From an uncultured archaeon (GTDB lineage: Archaea; Asgardarchaeota; Lokiarchaeia; Sigyniarchaeales; SOKP01), in NCBI GenBank assembly GCA_964508365.1, contig CAZDTP010000029.1:1-46566 (forward strand): a stretch of 46,566 bases of DNA. The letters run 5' to 3'. A program made the translations under genes and the position numbers. Positions 27,379 through 36,738 of the stretch are shown here, piece by piece (the stretch's first letter is position 1; each line of letters starts with the position of its first letter). Below the pieces are notes generated by a model. That model was not told the DNA's origin. It worked only from the letters and a program-made list of their open reading frames with translations, and searched no databases.

Positions 27379-28539
27379 ATGAAAAGTTTCGAACGTATTT
27401 GGACAGCATTGAATCTCGAAGAGCCAGATCGGATTCCGACTCACACCATTAATATCGATGGAAATGTTGCTGATAAAATCCTAGGTCCCCCAAAAAGAAA
27501 CGCGTTTGACATATTTGATGAGATGGAAAAGAAATATCCAGATGATTGGGTAGATAAAATTAACGATATCCTTCTTGACATTGAAATTTCAACATTTTCA
27601 AAAACAATAAGAGCAGGTTACGATTTAGGTTTTGATGGAGTGGGAGTAGAATACATCCCCTTTATCCTTGAAAGCCTAACAGAAATGACAGACATATTTG
27701 GAAAGAGACATAAGGTAAGAAATATTGATGGTAATCCTTATCCAGATTATTATGGCGGATACATTAAAAATCGAGAAGATTGGGAAAAGTATCCTAAGCC
27801 TGATATAAAGGAGGAATATAATAAAGCTAAAAAATTTTACAAGGGAGTTTTAAGAAAATGCCGCGATATAAACGATGATATCTGCATTTTTGCTCAAAAC
27901 GCCTTAACATCGGTTTTTCCTCCCGTTTGGCAGGGTATGGGGATGCCCTATTTCGCTCGGGCGCTTAAAAACGATCCGAAACTTGTTAAGGAACGTTTTC
28001 GCTTCACTACAGACTATACCTTAACTACCTTTAAAGCCTATCATGATTGCGGGGCTAAAATTTTTCTTGAAGGGGGAGATATTGCACATTCAGGAGGTCA
28101 ATTTATGAGCCACAAAAACTTTAATGAATATTTACTCCCCCGTTACCAAGAAGTCTCAGAACAGATTCATGAATGGGGTGGGAAGTATATATTACATACT
28201 GATGGTGATGTCACTAACCTATTAGACTTTATCATAGATTCTGGATTCGATGGTCTCCAATGCCTCGAACCTCCCCTTGTTGATTTATACGATGTGAAGA
28301 AAAAAGTTGGAGATAAATTATGTCTATCAGGAAATATTGATACAAGGCATATTCTCGTAAAAGGTTCTAAAGAAGAGGTAATTGATGCAGTAAAACACGC
28401 AATTAAAGCCTTAGGGCCCAATGGAGGGGCGATGATATCTCCCGCCAATTTCCATCCACAAATGTCAGTTGATCGTTTAAGATGGATGATTGAAGCTGCG
28501 AATAAATTTGGTAAATATCCCTTGCCAGAAACCATTTAA
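27379..28539 (+). CDS. Uroporphyrinogen decarboxylase / MtaA-CmuA-like methyltransferase family protein
   Basis: ERIWTALNLEEPDRIP, D(I)FG, ILHTDG, KVGDKLCLSGNID and KALGPNGGAMISPAN. Confidence 0.88.
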   Translation: MKSFERIWTALNLEEPDRIPTHTINIDGNVADKILGPPKRNAFDIFDEMEKKYPDDWVDKINDILLDIEISTFSKTIRAGYDLGFDGVGVEYIPFILESLTEMTDIFGKRHKVRNIDGNPYPDYYGGYIKNREDWEKYPKPDIKEEYNKAKKFYKGVLRKCRDINDDICIFAQNALTSVFPPVWQGMGMPYFARALKNDPKLVKERFRFTTDYTLTTFKAYHDCGAKIFLEGGDIAHSGGQFMSHKNFNEYLLPRYQEVSEQIHEWGGKYILHTDGDVTNLLDFIIDSGFDGLQCLEPPLVDLYDVKKKVGDKLCLSGNIDTRHILVKGSKEEVIDAVKHAIKALGPNGGAMISPANFHPQMSVDRLRWMIEAANKFGKYPLPETI

Positions 28540-28573
28540 TAATTATTGATTAAGCATATTAAATCTTTATTTT

Positions 28574-29545
28574 TTAAGATCTCTTAGCTTTTCCACTTAA
28601 ACCTCTCTTTTCTTTAACAATCATAATGATGGAAAAGACAATTATGACTGTACCTATTAAATGGAAAATAGTGAAAATTTCTCCAAGGAAAAGGAAAGAA
28701 AAAAATGAAGAAACAATCGGAGTTAGTGATATAATTATACTAGCTTTTCCAATTTGAATATAAGTCAATACCTTGTACCAGAGATATAAACTGACGCCAT
28801 AATCTAATCCCATGATAAGGAAAAATATGAAATAATTTGGATTCAGTACTATAGCAATATTTTCAAGTGGAAAAATTAAGAAATATATGATTGTCAATAA
28901 CGTACCTGAAATAAAATTTCGAAAAAAGACGACTTGAGATGGGAACAGCTCATTTCTTTCAAAACTAATTTTTGTAAGTGAATGAACAAATGTAAATATT
29001 CCTACGCTTAAGAGAAGAATAGCTACGCCTAGATTGAATTCAAGCAAATTAAAAGATCCACCGGTAATCGCTATAATTAGTCCAAAAAACAAGAGAAAGC
29101 AAAATATGATCTGCATCTTGGTAATCTTTTCTTTTAATATTATAAATCCAAAGAACAAAGCTAATATTATTTCTGATTTTAATGTTAGGGAGCTTATTAT
29201 TGCTCCTGCCAATTCATAACCTATATAAAGTAAAATTGGAACTGCGCTAAATGTTATTCCTATAATTATAATCATTCTAAAATTTGATTTCTTTTTCCAA
29301 CCGTGAATTAAAGATAAAATCTTTTTATTTAGCTCTGAATCATTCAATATTTGTTTTTTAAATTTGCTTCTTTCTATTAAAAATATAGGAAAAAAGAGTA
29401 TAGCTTCAATCAAGGCTGTTACAGCTCCAAACAAATAAGGATCAATTATACTAGGGCGTGCATTAGAAATTACAGGTTGAAGTCCAATTGTGAAAATGCA
29501 AATCGAACCATAAATGATTCCTTTTTTTAAATTATAATTTTCCAC
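28574..29545 (-). CDS. EamA/DMT family transporter (paralog of 26312..27283)
   Basis: Same architecture: ILKEKIT and FLFLGEIFTIFHLIG. Confidence 0.88.
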   Translation of the reverse strand: MENYNLKKGIIYGSICIFTIGLQPVISNARPSIIDPYLFGAVTALIEAILFFPIFLIERSKFKKQILNDSELNKKILSLIHGWKKKSNFRMIIIIGITFSAVPILLYIGYELAGAIISSLTLKSEIILALFFGFIILKEKITKMQIIFCFLLFFGLIIAITGGSFNLLEFNLGVAILLLSVGIFTFVHSLTKISFERNELFPSQVVFFRNFISGTLLTIIYFLIFPLENIAIVLNPNYFIFFLIMGLDYGVSLYLWYKVLTYIQIGKASIIISLTPIVSSFFSFLFLGEIFTIFHLIGTVIIVFSIIMIVKEKRGLSGKAKRS

Positions 29546-29673
29546 ACTATTAGAAAAAGATTAATTAATCATTAAAAACTTGGGAATTAAACTCAAAAAA
29601 GAATAAATTCAAGGAGAATCTGTAAAGATGGATATAACTAAAGAAAGACCAGAGAAATAATTAGAATACCTAA

Positions 29674-31491
29674 TTATTTAGTATAAGTTCCAAATTTAGG
29701 AAAGCTTTTTAATTGATCAGAATTAAAGACGGGTCCATCTTTGCAAACAGTAATATTATTATTTACTCCTATGCAACAAGAACCGCATATTCCTAACCCG
29801 CATTTCATTTTTCTCTCTAAACTGGCTTGAATTTCAATATTCTTTGATTCCGCAAGTTCAAGAACTTTTTTCATCATAACTTCGGGTCCACATGTAACAA
29901 TCAAATCGAAGTTCTCCTTATTAATTAGATCTTCTACGGGATCAGTTACAACACATTTTTTACCAACAGATCCGTCTTCAGTAGTACACATCGTATTTGG
30001 AATCAATCCCAACAATCTCTCAGCGAATATTAACGAATCTTCATCTTTAGCTCCAATTGCAACTTGTACATTTGCTTTATTTTGTTTTAGAGTTTCTATT
30101 AAGGTTGTTAAGGCTGCGATTCCCATCCCTCCTCCTACTACAAGGATATTCTTCGAATCCTCATAATTAAACGAATTTCCAAGAGGACCTCTAATTCCAA
30201 TTGAATCTCCTTCGACCAATTCAAATAATTTGGATGTTCCCTCTCCTATTTTTTTAACAGTTATTTCGATAAGGTCTTCATCTATGCTCGAGATGGACAT
30301 TGGTAAGAAGTCAATATCAGGGAGCCATAATATGACAAACATTCCTGGTTTGTAAGCGCCCGCAATCCTCGAGTTTCTAATCATAAAACTTTTAATTTCG
30401 GGGGAATGGTTAGTTATTGATTCTATCTTGACGATATCAGTTTTATTTCTGGTTAGATCCAAAATGATTTCTTTCATGTTGTGTTCTAAAGGCACTGTTT
30501 CGATGAACCCTTGTTCAATGGCCAATTCATAAACTTGTTTACCTCTTTCTGTTCTCACAATTAGGGTATTCCACCCATCTTTACTACCATACTTTCCAAT
30601 TGATAAATCCGCGAAGGAAGCTGTGTAATCAGAACAGGAAAAGCAAGCTTTTCTAATCGCTTTTTCATATAAATTATTTAGTGGTATTTCTTTCACAGTC
30701 GAATTACAGATTATTTTCATGTTAAAGTTATCATTATCGATATCTATTTTATCTATCTCGCTTGATTTAATCCCGAATTCACTAAAAACCATTTCTAATA
30801 ATTGGTTATAATAAGTTCCAAAACAAAAAGTCCCAATAGCCAATGACACTAAATCATATGCTTCGTAATCAAAAGCAGGATGGTTTTGTAGTTTTCTTAG
30901 TGCCTGAATCTGACAAGGAGTGCCTACAACTGCAATATCTGTGCGTTCTTTATTGATAGCATCTCCTAAAAGTGAAAGTATTGGACCTTGACTTGGTTTG
31001 TATCCCGCTCCTTTGATTATATCCTGTGAATTCTGGGCTATTATTGGGAATGGCCTAAAATTATCGTCTTTATCTGTTATAATGGACGAATCAATTAAGT
31101 TATTTTCCATAGCGATCCATAGTAACCCGGTTAATGGACCAGCATTAGTTGGTATCCTTTTTCTTGCTTTATCTGTTAACTTAACTGAAACGATATCAAG
31201 ATAATGCCCTAAAATCTTATCGTGTTTCTTTCCAAAAACCCAATTGTCTAATAGCGACAAAGTTATCGTTTCAGTTTCTGTTTTTGGACAGAGATTATAG
31301 CAAAGTCCGTATCCATCTTTACATGTGTTCATATCTTTGCAGGACCCATCCTCTATTGGGATCTCCTTTTCTTTATCATATAAAATGTTTGTACAAAATG
31401 CCCCACAAGCTCCACAGTATACACATTTCCCCGTTTGAATTATTTCTTCGTATAACTCTTTCCAACCTTTTTGAACCTTCCCAAAATACAT
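29674..31491 (-). CDS. Fusion of an F420 hydrogenase/dehydrogenase beta subunit (FrhB/FpoF-like) and a PyrK/NfnA-like FAD/NAD-binding [2Fe-2S] electron-transfer domain
   Basis: N-terminal part: CVYCGACGAFC, C..C...CYNLCP, VVGTPCQIQALRK, IGTFCFG, CFSCSDYTASFADLSIG. C-terminal part: PGMFVILW, IRGPLGN, VGGGMGIAAL, TEDGS, CGPEVMM, SLERKMKCGLGICGSC...VCKDGPVF. Confidence 0.9.
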   Translation of the reverse strand: MYFGKVQKGWKELYEEIIQTGKCVYCGACGAFCTNILYDKEKEIPIEDGSCKDMNTCKDGYGLCYNLCPKTETETITLSLLDNWVFGKKHDKILGHYLDIVSVKLTDKARKRIPTNAGPLTGLLWIAMENNLIDSSIITDKDDNFRPFPIIAQNSQDIIKGAGYKPSQGPILSLLGDAINKERTDIAVVGTPCQIQALRKLQNHPAFDYEAYDLVSLAIGTFCFGTYYNQLLEMVFSEFGIKSSEIDKIDIDNDNFNMKIICNSTVKEIPLNNLYEKAIRKACFSCSDYTASFADLSIGKYGSKDGWNTLIVRTERGKQVYELAIEQGFIETVPLEHNMKEIILDLTRNKTDIVKIESITNHSPEIKSFMIRNSRIAGAYKPGMFVILWLPDIDFLPMSISSIDEDLIEITVKKIGEGTSKLFELVEGDSIGIRGPLGNSFNYEDSKNILVVGGGMGIAALTTLIETLKQNKANVQVAIGAKDEDSLIFAERLLGLIPNTMCTTEDGSVGKKCVVTDPVEDLINKENFDLIVTCGPEVMMKKVLELAESKNIEIQASLERKMKCGLGICGSCCIGVNNNITVCKDGPVFNSDQLKSFPKFGTYTK

Positions 31492-31492
31492 T

Positions 31493-32107
31493 TTAATTGT
31501 TCTCCTCCTTTAATTGGTTTAGAAAATTCATTGCTTCTTGTTTTCCTAGTTTAAAAGCTTCTAAGTTTTTATCTAAAGTAGAATTCGGAACAAATTTCTT
31601 TATAGTCTCTAAAGCAGATTCTTCGGAAAAGATTCCCGAAAGTATCATAAAGATACCAAACAAAATTGAGTTTCCAAAAACAATATTCCCGAACTTTTCA
31701 ACCGCTAATTTTTGGATGGGAATACCCAAAACCTTATTCATTTTTTTTACTGCTTTGAATTTTTTAATTGTAGTGGTGTCCCATACTAAAAATCCTGTGT
31801 TTTCCTCATCCTTTACAAAATCTACCTTAACATCATTAGCAGATTCTTCTGATAAGACGATTAAAAAATCGTACGGTTTTAAAGCTTTAGGGTAATCTAT
31901 AAGCTCTATATTTTTATCTAAGTCAATAACTACTTCTGCCCAACATTTTCCTCCTCTTGCAGCAGCGGAATAGGCTTCAGTTTGCGTAGCAGCAAGTCCT
32001 TCATAGATTGAACTTGCCATTATTATCATTTTACTAAGGGTGATAACTCCTTGTCCACCAAACCCACTTACTCGAATTTCATAACGAGACACGATTTCAC
32101 CTATCAC
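31493..32107 (-). CDS. 2-oxoacid:ferredoxin oxidoreductase gamma subunit (likely start GTG 32092)
   Basis: EIRVSGFGGQGVIT, QTEAYSAAARGG and NSILFG. Confidence 0.92.
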   Translation of the reverse strand: MIGEIVSRYEIRVSGFGGQGVITLSKMIIMASSIYEGLAATQTEAYSAAARGGKCWAEVVIDLDKNIELIDYPKALKPYDFLIVLSEESANDVKVDFVKDEENTGFLVWDTTTIKKFKAVKKMNKVLGIPIQKLAVEKFGNIVFGNSILFGIFMILSGIFSEESALETIKKFVPNSTLDKNLEAFKLGKQEAMNFLNQLKEENN

Positions 32108-33014
32108 CTTGTGCTATTTTTTGTATTTTAGCGTATTCTTCGGAATACTCGGGTTGATCTGGTGCATATCTAAATTCTCCAACAATGTATTTGTTAAATA
32201 GTTCTTCTTCATTCATGAACTTGGCTTGGTTTATTCTGACACTATTTCTTTTTATCCAATCTATCATCTTACCTGCTGTATCCATCTTCTCTCCTTTAAA
32301 TCCTAAGTATTCTGATCCAAGGTTATTTAAATTTTTACTCCCGAAGTAGGTAACGCAAGGAGTGATTAATTCTATCACAGAGGTTCCCTTATGCTTTAAT
32401 GCTTTTCTAAAATACTTCATAAAAGTGCGTGGATGCGCAACTGTTGTTCGTGCTACATAAGTTGCTCCCGCAGCCAAAGCCAGTTTAACTCCATCGCTTC
32501 TATTTTCAAACATTTTATATGGTGTCGTTGTGCTTTTAGCACCAAATAATGTCGTAGGTGCAGCCTGTCCACCTGTCATTGCGTAAATACTATTGTTGAA
32601 AATTAAAATAATACAATCTAAATTTCGACGGCATGTGTGTATAAAATGATTACCTCCGATACCCAAACAATCACCATCACCAGTAAAAATTATTGGTTTC
32701 ATAAGAGGATTTGCCATTTTCATACCTGTCGCTAAAGCTGGTGCACGACCGTGGAGAGACAAAACTTTTTGGGTTGCGTAGTGTACTGTTAATAGCATTT
32801 GAGAATAGCACCCTATACCAAGAACTAGTGGATATAGTTTTGGATCAAGTTTTTCATCTTCAAATAGTCGGGTAAAGATATGCCCGATGATTCCATATCC
32901 ACAACCTGCGCATAATCTAGACGAATAATTACCTAATAGGTGTCCAGCGTATGATACTAATACATATGGATTTTCTGGTTTCTCGTTTGGATACATAGGC
33001 CCTATTCCCGACAT
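32097..33014 (-). CDS. 2-oxoacid:ferredoxin oxidoreductase beta subunit (TPP-binding)
   Basis: LCAGCG, GIGC, LHGRA, GDGD..GIGGNHFIH, NNSIYAMTGGQ and ITPCVT. Confidence 0.95.
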   Translation of the reverse strand: MSGIGPMYPNEKPENPYVLVSYAGHLLGNYSSRLCAGCGYGIIGHIFTRLFEDEKLDPKLYPLVLGIGCYSQMLLTVHYATQKVLSLHGRAPALATGMKMANPLMKPIIFTGDGDCLGIGGNHFIHTCRRNLDCIILIFNNSIYAMTGGQAAPTTLFGAKSTTTPYKMFENRSDGVKLALAAGATYVARTTVAHPRTFMKYFRKALKHKGTSVIELITPCVTYFGSKNLNNLGSEYLGFKGEKMDTAGKMIDWIKRNSVRINQAKFMNEEELFNKYIVGEFRYAPDQPEYSEEYAKIQKIAQGDR

Positions 33015-34192
33015 TATTTAGCAACCCCCTTTATAACTTTTAAAATATCATTTGGATGGTGAATTTCACATACATTTGGAATCCTAATAATAGGGGTGTT
33101 AAGGTCAGTAACCCTTTCGACTTGTTCTGCTATAACTCCCGTGTAATTTAATTCTGGAACTATAACCACTTTGGCATCTTTAACCGCTTCTTTAACTTTT
33201 TCGTCTGGAAAAGGCCAAATTGTTATCAACCTAAAAATTCCAACTTTTATACCTTCTTTTCGAGCTAAATCAACCGCCCGATAACTCGCTCTAACCGGTA
33301 GTCCATACGCTATTATGATTATTTCAGCATCATCCAATTTATAAGTGTCCGTAAGAGCTATTTTATCTATATTGCTTGTAATTTTTTTAATCATCATTTC
33401 AGTGAATAATTGGGGTTTAGGGGTTGGCATACCTTCAAGACTATGAGGTTGAGAAAGAAACATGCCTGGACAGTAATCTGTGCCCATAATCGGTGGTTTA
33501 GGGATAATATATTTTCCTGTACTTTCATCTTTATATGAAAATTTTCCAGTGATATCTTCAGGTATTTCCCGCTCGATTACCATCTTTTCCAATTTTTCCT
33601 TAGATGGTATTTTAACTACTTCATGAAGATGTCCTAAATAAGCATCTGACATAATGAAAACAGGGCAGCGATAAGTCTCTGCAAAATTAAAAGCGACAAG
33701 GGTTAAATCATATAATTCTTGGCAACTCATAGGTGCTAAAGTAATTACTTGAAATTCGCCGTTTCCAGCAAAACGCATTAACCCTATATCGTTATGATGT
33801 GGTTCAGTTACATATCCCGTTCCTGGACCGTTCCTTTGTACGTCACAGAATACAAAAGGGATTTCTAAGTTCGCGGCCATTGAAATTGTTTCTGTCATTA
33901 AACATATTCCGGGACCAGAAGTTGCTGTCATAGCTTTAGCTCCAACTAAAGAAGCTCCAATTACAGCATTGATTGATGCTAATTCGTCTTCCATTTGCAT
34001 ACACACCCCTCCAATTTGGGGTAACCTAACAGCCAAATGTTCTATCACTTCTGTGCTTGGAGTAATAGGATACCCTCCGAAAAAATTTAATCCTGCAGCT
34101 AATGCCCCCTCAGACATCGCTATGTTTCCCATCATTAAATATTTACCTTCCGGTAAAAACCTTTTGTTATTTCCCATATCCATTTTTCTCAC
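33014..34192 (-). CDS. 2-oxoacid:ferredoxin oxidoreductase alpha subunit (likely start ATG 34183 after SD GAGGTGA)
   Basis: GNIAMSEGA, GYPITPSTE, QMEDELAS, ATSGPG and DVQRNGPGTG. Confidence 0.95.
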   Translation of the reverse strand: MRKMDMGNNKRFLPEGKYLMMGNIAMSEGALAAGLNFFGGYPITPSTEVIEHLAVRLPQIGGVCMQMEDELASINAVIGASLVGAKAMTATSGPGICLMTETISMAANLEIPFVFCDVQRNGPGTGYVTEPHHNDIGLMRFAGNGEFQVITLAPMSCQELYDLTLVAFNFAETYRCPVFIMSDAYLGHLHEVVKIPSKEKLEKMVIEREIPEDITGKFSYKDESTGKYIIPKPPIMGTDYCPGMFLSQPHSLEGMPTPKPQLFTEMMIKKITSNIDKIALTDTYKLDDAEIIIIAYGLPVRASYRAVDLARKEGIKVGIFRLITIWPFPDEKVKEAVKDAKVVIVPELNYTGVIAEQVERVTDLNTPIIRIPNVCEIHHPNDILKVIKGVAK

Positions 34193-34196
34193 CTCA

Positions 34197-34490
34197 TTAT
34201 ACTATGGCTTTTTTTATCACATTTCCATTATCTAATTCATCCAAAATATAAATACACCAATCCGGGCAACCATATTCGCATCGTTTACATGCTGTGCAAT
34301 ATTTTGCTTTTCCCTCTTTAACTCGTGGAGTATAAGCGATTCTCATATTTAACTCGTCTCCCATCTCTAGAATTCCCGTTGGACACACATATACACAAGC
34401 TTGGCAGCCTCCACACCGATTTTTATTTAGGAATAGTGAAAACATCTTATCCTTGTTTTCTAATAATTTTGGAATTTTAAACCAACTCAC
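34197..34490 (-). CDS. 2-oxoacid:ferredoxin oxidoreductase delta subunit (2x[4Fe-4S])
   Basis: CGGCQACVYVCP and CTACKRCEYGCPDWCI; first gene of the operon. Confidence 0.9.
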   Translation of the reverse strand: MSWFKIPKLLENKDKMFSLFLNKNRCGGCQACVYVCPTGILEMGDELNMRIAYTPRVKEGKAKYCTACKRCEYGCPDWCIYILDELDNGNVIKKAIV

Positions 34491-34691
34491 ATTTTATCTA
34501 TTATTAAGTTAAATATTCTAATAATTATAAATTTCAATTTATTCTTTATTAAGCATTTTTGAATAAAAGCTTAAAGTTAATAATCCTCAATGATTCGTAA
34601 CATTTTTCCTAGCATAGATTAATCAGTAAACAATTTTAATATCAAATATCTATCATAAATTATTAAGAAATTAGAGAGCTATGATTAAAAA

Positions 34692-35432
34692 TTGACAAAG
34701 TTAATCTTTTTAGGATGTTTATCAAAAACTCGTTATCAAGAGACAAGTAAAAATGCAATTAAAATTATCAATTACTTAGATCCAAGCTACATCGTTTTAG
34801 AGGATATTCCGTGTTGCGGAGCTTTATCTTATCATATCGGCAGTGATATCGAGTTAAAAAATCATGTGGAATTTGTCAACAATTGGTTCGAATTAAACGA
34901 TGTGTCTGATATCGTGACTACATGCGCAGGATGTTATAACTATTTAACAAAATATTACACCCAATTCTTAGGAAAAGATTTTAAAATTAAAGTTAAGCAT
35001 TTCCTTCAGTTTCTAGCTGAACCAGAGAATATCTCAAAATTAGATTTAAAACATTCTGGTAAGAATTTAAAAGTTAGTTATCACGATGCTTGTCATTTAA
35101 GAAATGCTGTGGTTCCTATCATTGAGGAACCAAGAAAAATCCTAAATTCAATCGAAAATATTGAACTTAAGGAAATGGAAAATAATAAAACTAATAGTAT
35201 TTGTTGTGGTGCTGGAGGAGGTGTCTATTCAATATTTAAAGAAAATAGCGATTACAATTCAAAATTGATTTTTGATCAATTAAATCGTGGTAAAATCTTA
35301 TTAACAGCATGTCCTTTTTGTTTTACTTCACTAACTCGAATTAGAGAAGAGCATCAAATAAAGAAGCCAGTGATTAAATTTGAAGATTTTATTATAAACA
35401 TTATGGAAGGAGTTGATCCACTAAATGAATGA
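34692..35432 (+). CDS. CCG-domain Fe-S protein (LutA/HdrB/GlpC-like)
   Basis: FLGC, IPCCGA, VTTCAGC, YHDACHL, ICCGAGGG and LTACPFC. Confidence 0.85.
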   Translation: MTKLIFLGCLSKTRYQETSKNAIKIINYLDPSYIVLEDIPCCGALSYHIGSDIELKNHVEFVNNWFELNDVSDIVTTCAGCYNYLTKYYTQFLGKDFKIKVKHFLQFLAEPENISKLDLKHSGKNLKVSYHDACHLRNAVVPIIEEPRKILNSIENIELKEMENNKTNSICCGAGGGVYSIFKENSDYNSKLIFDQLNRGKILLTACPFCFTSLTRIREEHQIKKPVIKFEDFIINIMEGVDPLNE

Positions 35433-36726
35433 AAACGGAAAAGATTTATATGAGAATGTCAAGAAAAAAGTTGAAACTTCGCAGGAAGAAGGGACGTTAG
35501 AAAAACAATTTGGAAACTTCTGGAAAATGGCTTGTACGATAAAAACCAGACAACATGATTTAAGGTATTTATATGAAAATACAAGTCGAGAATTTGTCGA
35601 TAAAAATCGCGATAACCTTATTGAAATGCGAGAAGAGTTCGTTAACAATATGGAGTCGTATGTTGAAAAGTGCATCAATATAATGCGTAAGAAGAACTTC
35701 ACTGTTCATTATGCAAAAACAAATGAAGAAGCTCAAAAGATTTTTATGGAAGAATTAGGAGATACTAAGATCATTTATAAGTCTAAATCTAATGAAGCTA
35801 AAGATATTGGAATAATTGATGTTTTGAAGAAGAATAAAATTAAAATTAAAGAAACTGATTTAGGAGATGTTCTGGTTCAATTATTTGAATACGAATTACC
35901 AAGTTTTCAAGTTGGTCCAGGAGCTCATTTTACCGAAGAAGAAATAGCGAATAAAATTAAGGAGGTGTATGGAGTAGAACTTGAACCTAAAGCTCAAGCA
36001 ATTGTTGACTACTTTAGAAGTACTTATAGAAACGAGTTGCTCAACGATGTGAAAATATCTTTAACTTCTGCAAATGCCATATCTGCCGAAGATGGTACGA
36101 TAGTTTTGGGAGAAAATGAAGGAAACATCAGCCTTATTACAAGAGCGACGGAAAAGCACATCGTTGTATGTGGTATTACGAAAATTGTACCTAATATTTT
36201 GGATGCTGTTTTAATTACACAGTTACAATCTCGGATAAATAATGTTTCATATAATTACATAAGTCTCATTTCGGGACCCTCAAATACATCAGATATACAA
36301 GGTACAAGCGTTCAAGGCATGTACGGAGCAAAAGAAGTAGTAGTTATCCTTGTGGATGATTGGCGAACTAAAGCTGCTAACGAAAATCTCATTTATAAGG
36401 ACTTCTTGAAATGTATTGGTTGTAAAAGCTGTATTTTTCCTTGTACTGCATCACGAGCATTTGGAAATATTTACGCATCTAAGTATGGATTAGGTGCTAC
36501 TGCAATAATACGAGATTATATTCACAATGGAATCGAAGCTGCTGTAAATGACGGTCTTTTTCTCTGTACAGGATGCGAAAACTGTTATCACTGGTGTCCA
36601 GTTTCAATAAATTGTGGTGAAATTTTAAAAGATATGAAAAAAGAAGCTACAGAAAAGGGTTTAGCTCCCCCATACTTAGAGCAATATAAGGAGAAGATAT
36701 TTAGAGATAAAAATCCATTTTTATAA
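35425..36726 (+). CDS. LutB/LUD-domain Fe-S protein (lactate utilization protein B-like)
   Basis: KSKSN, ETDLGD, TSANAISAEDG, ENEGN, ISGPSNTSDIQ, GMYGAKEVVVILVD, CIGCKSCIFPC and CTGCENCYHWCP. It overlaps the upstream gene by 8 nt. Confidence 0.88.
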   Translation: MNENGKDLYENVKKKVETSQEEGTLEKQFGNFWKMACTIKTRQHDLRYLYENTSREFVDKNRDNLIEMREEFVNNMESYVEKCINIMRKKNFTVHYAKTNEEAQKIFMEELGDTKIIYKSKSNEAKDIGIIDVLKKNKIKIKETDLGDVLVQLFEYELPSFQVGPGAHFTEEEIANKIKEVYGVELEPKAQAIVDYFRSTYRNELLNDVKISLTSANAISAEDGTIVLGENEGNISLITRATEKHIVVCGITKIVPNILDAVLITQLQSRINNVSYNYISLISGPSNTSDIQGTSVQGMYGAKEVVVILVDDWRTKAANENLIYKDFLKCIGCKSCIFPCTASRAFGNIYASKYGLGATAIIRDYIHNGIEAAVNDGLFLCTGCENCYHWCPVSINCGEILKDMKKEATEKGLAPPYLEQYKEKIFRDKNPFL

Positions 36727-36738
36727 TTTATCTTGTTT

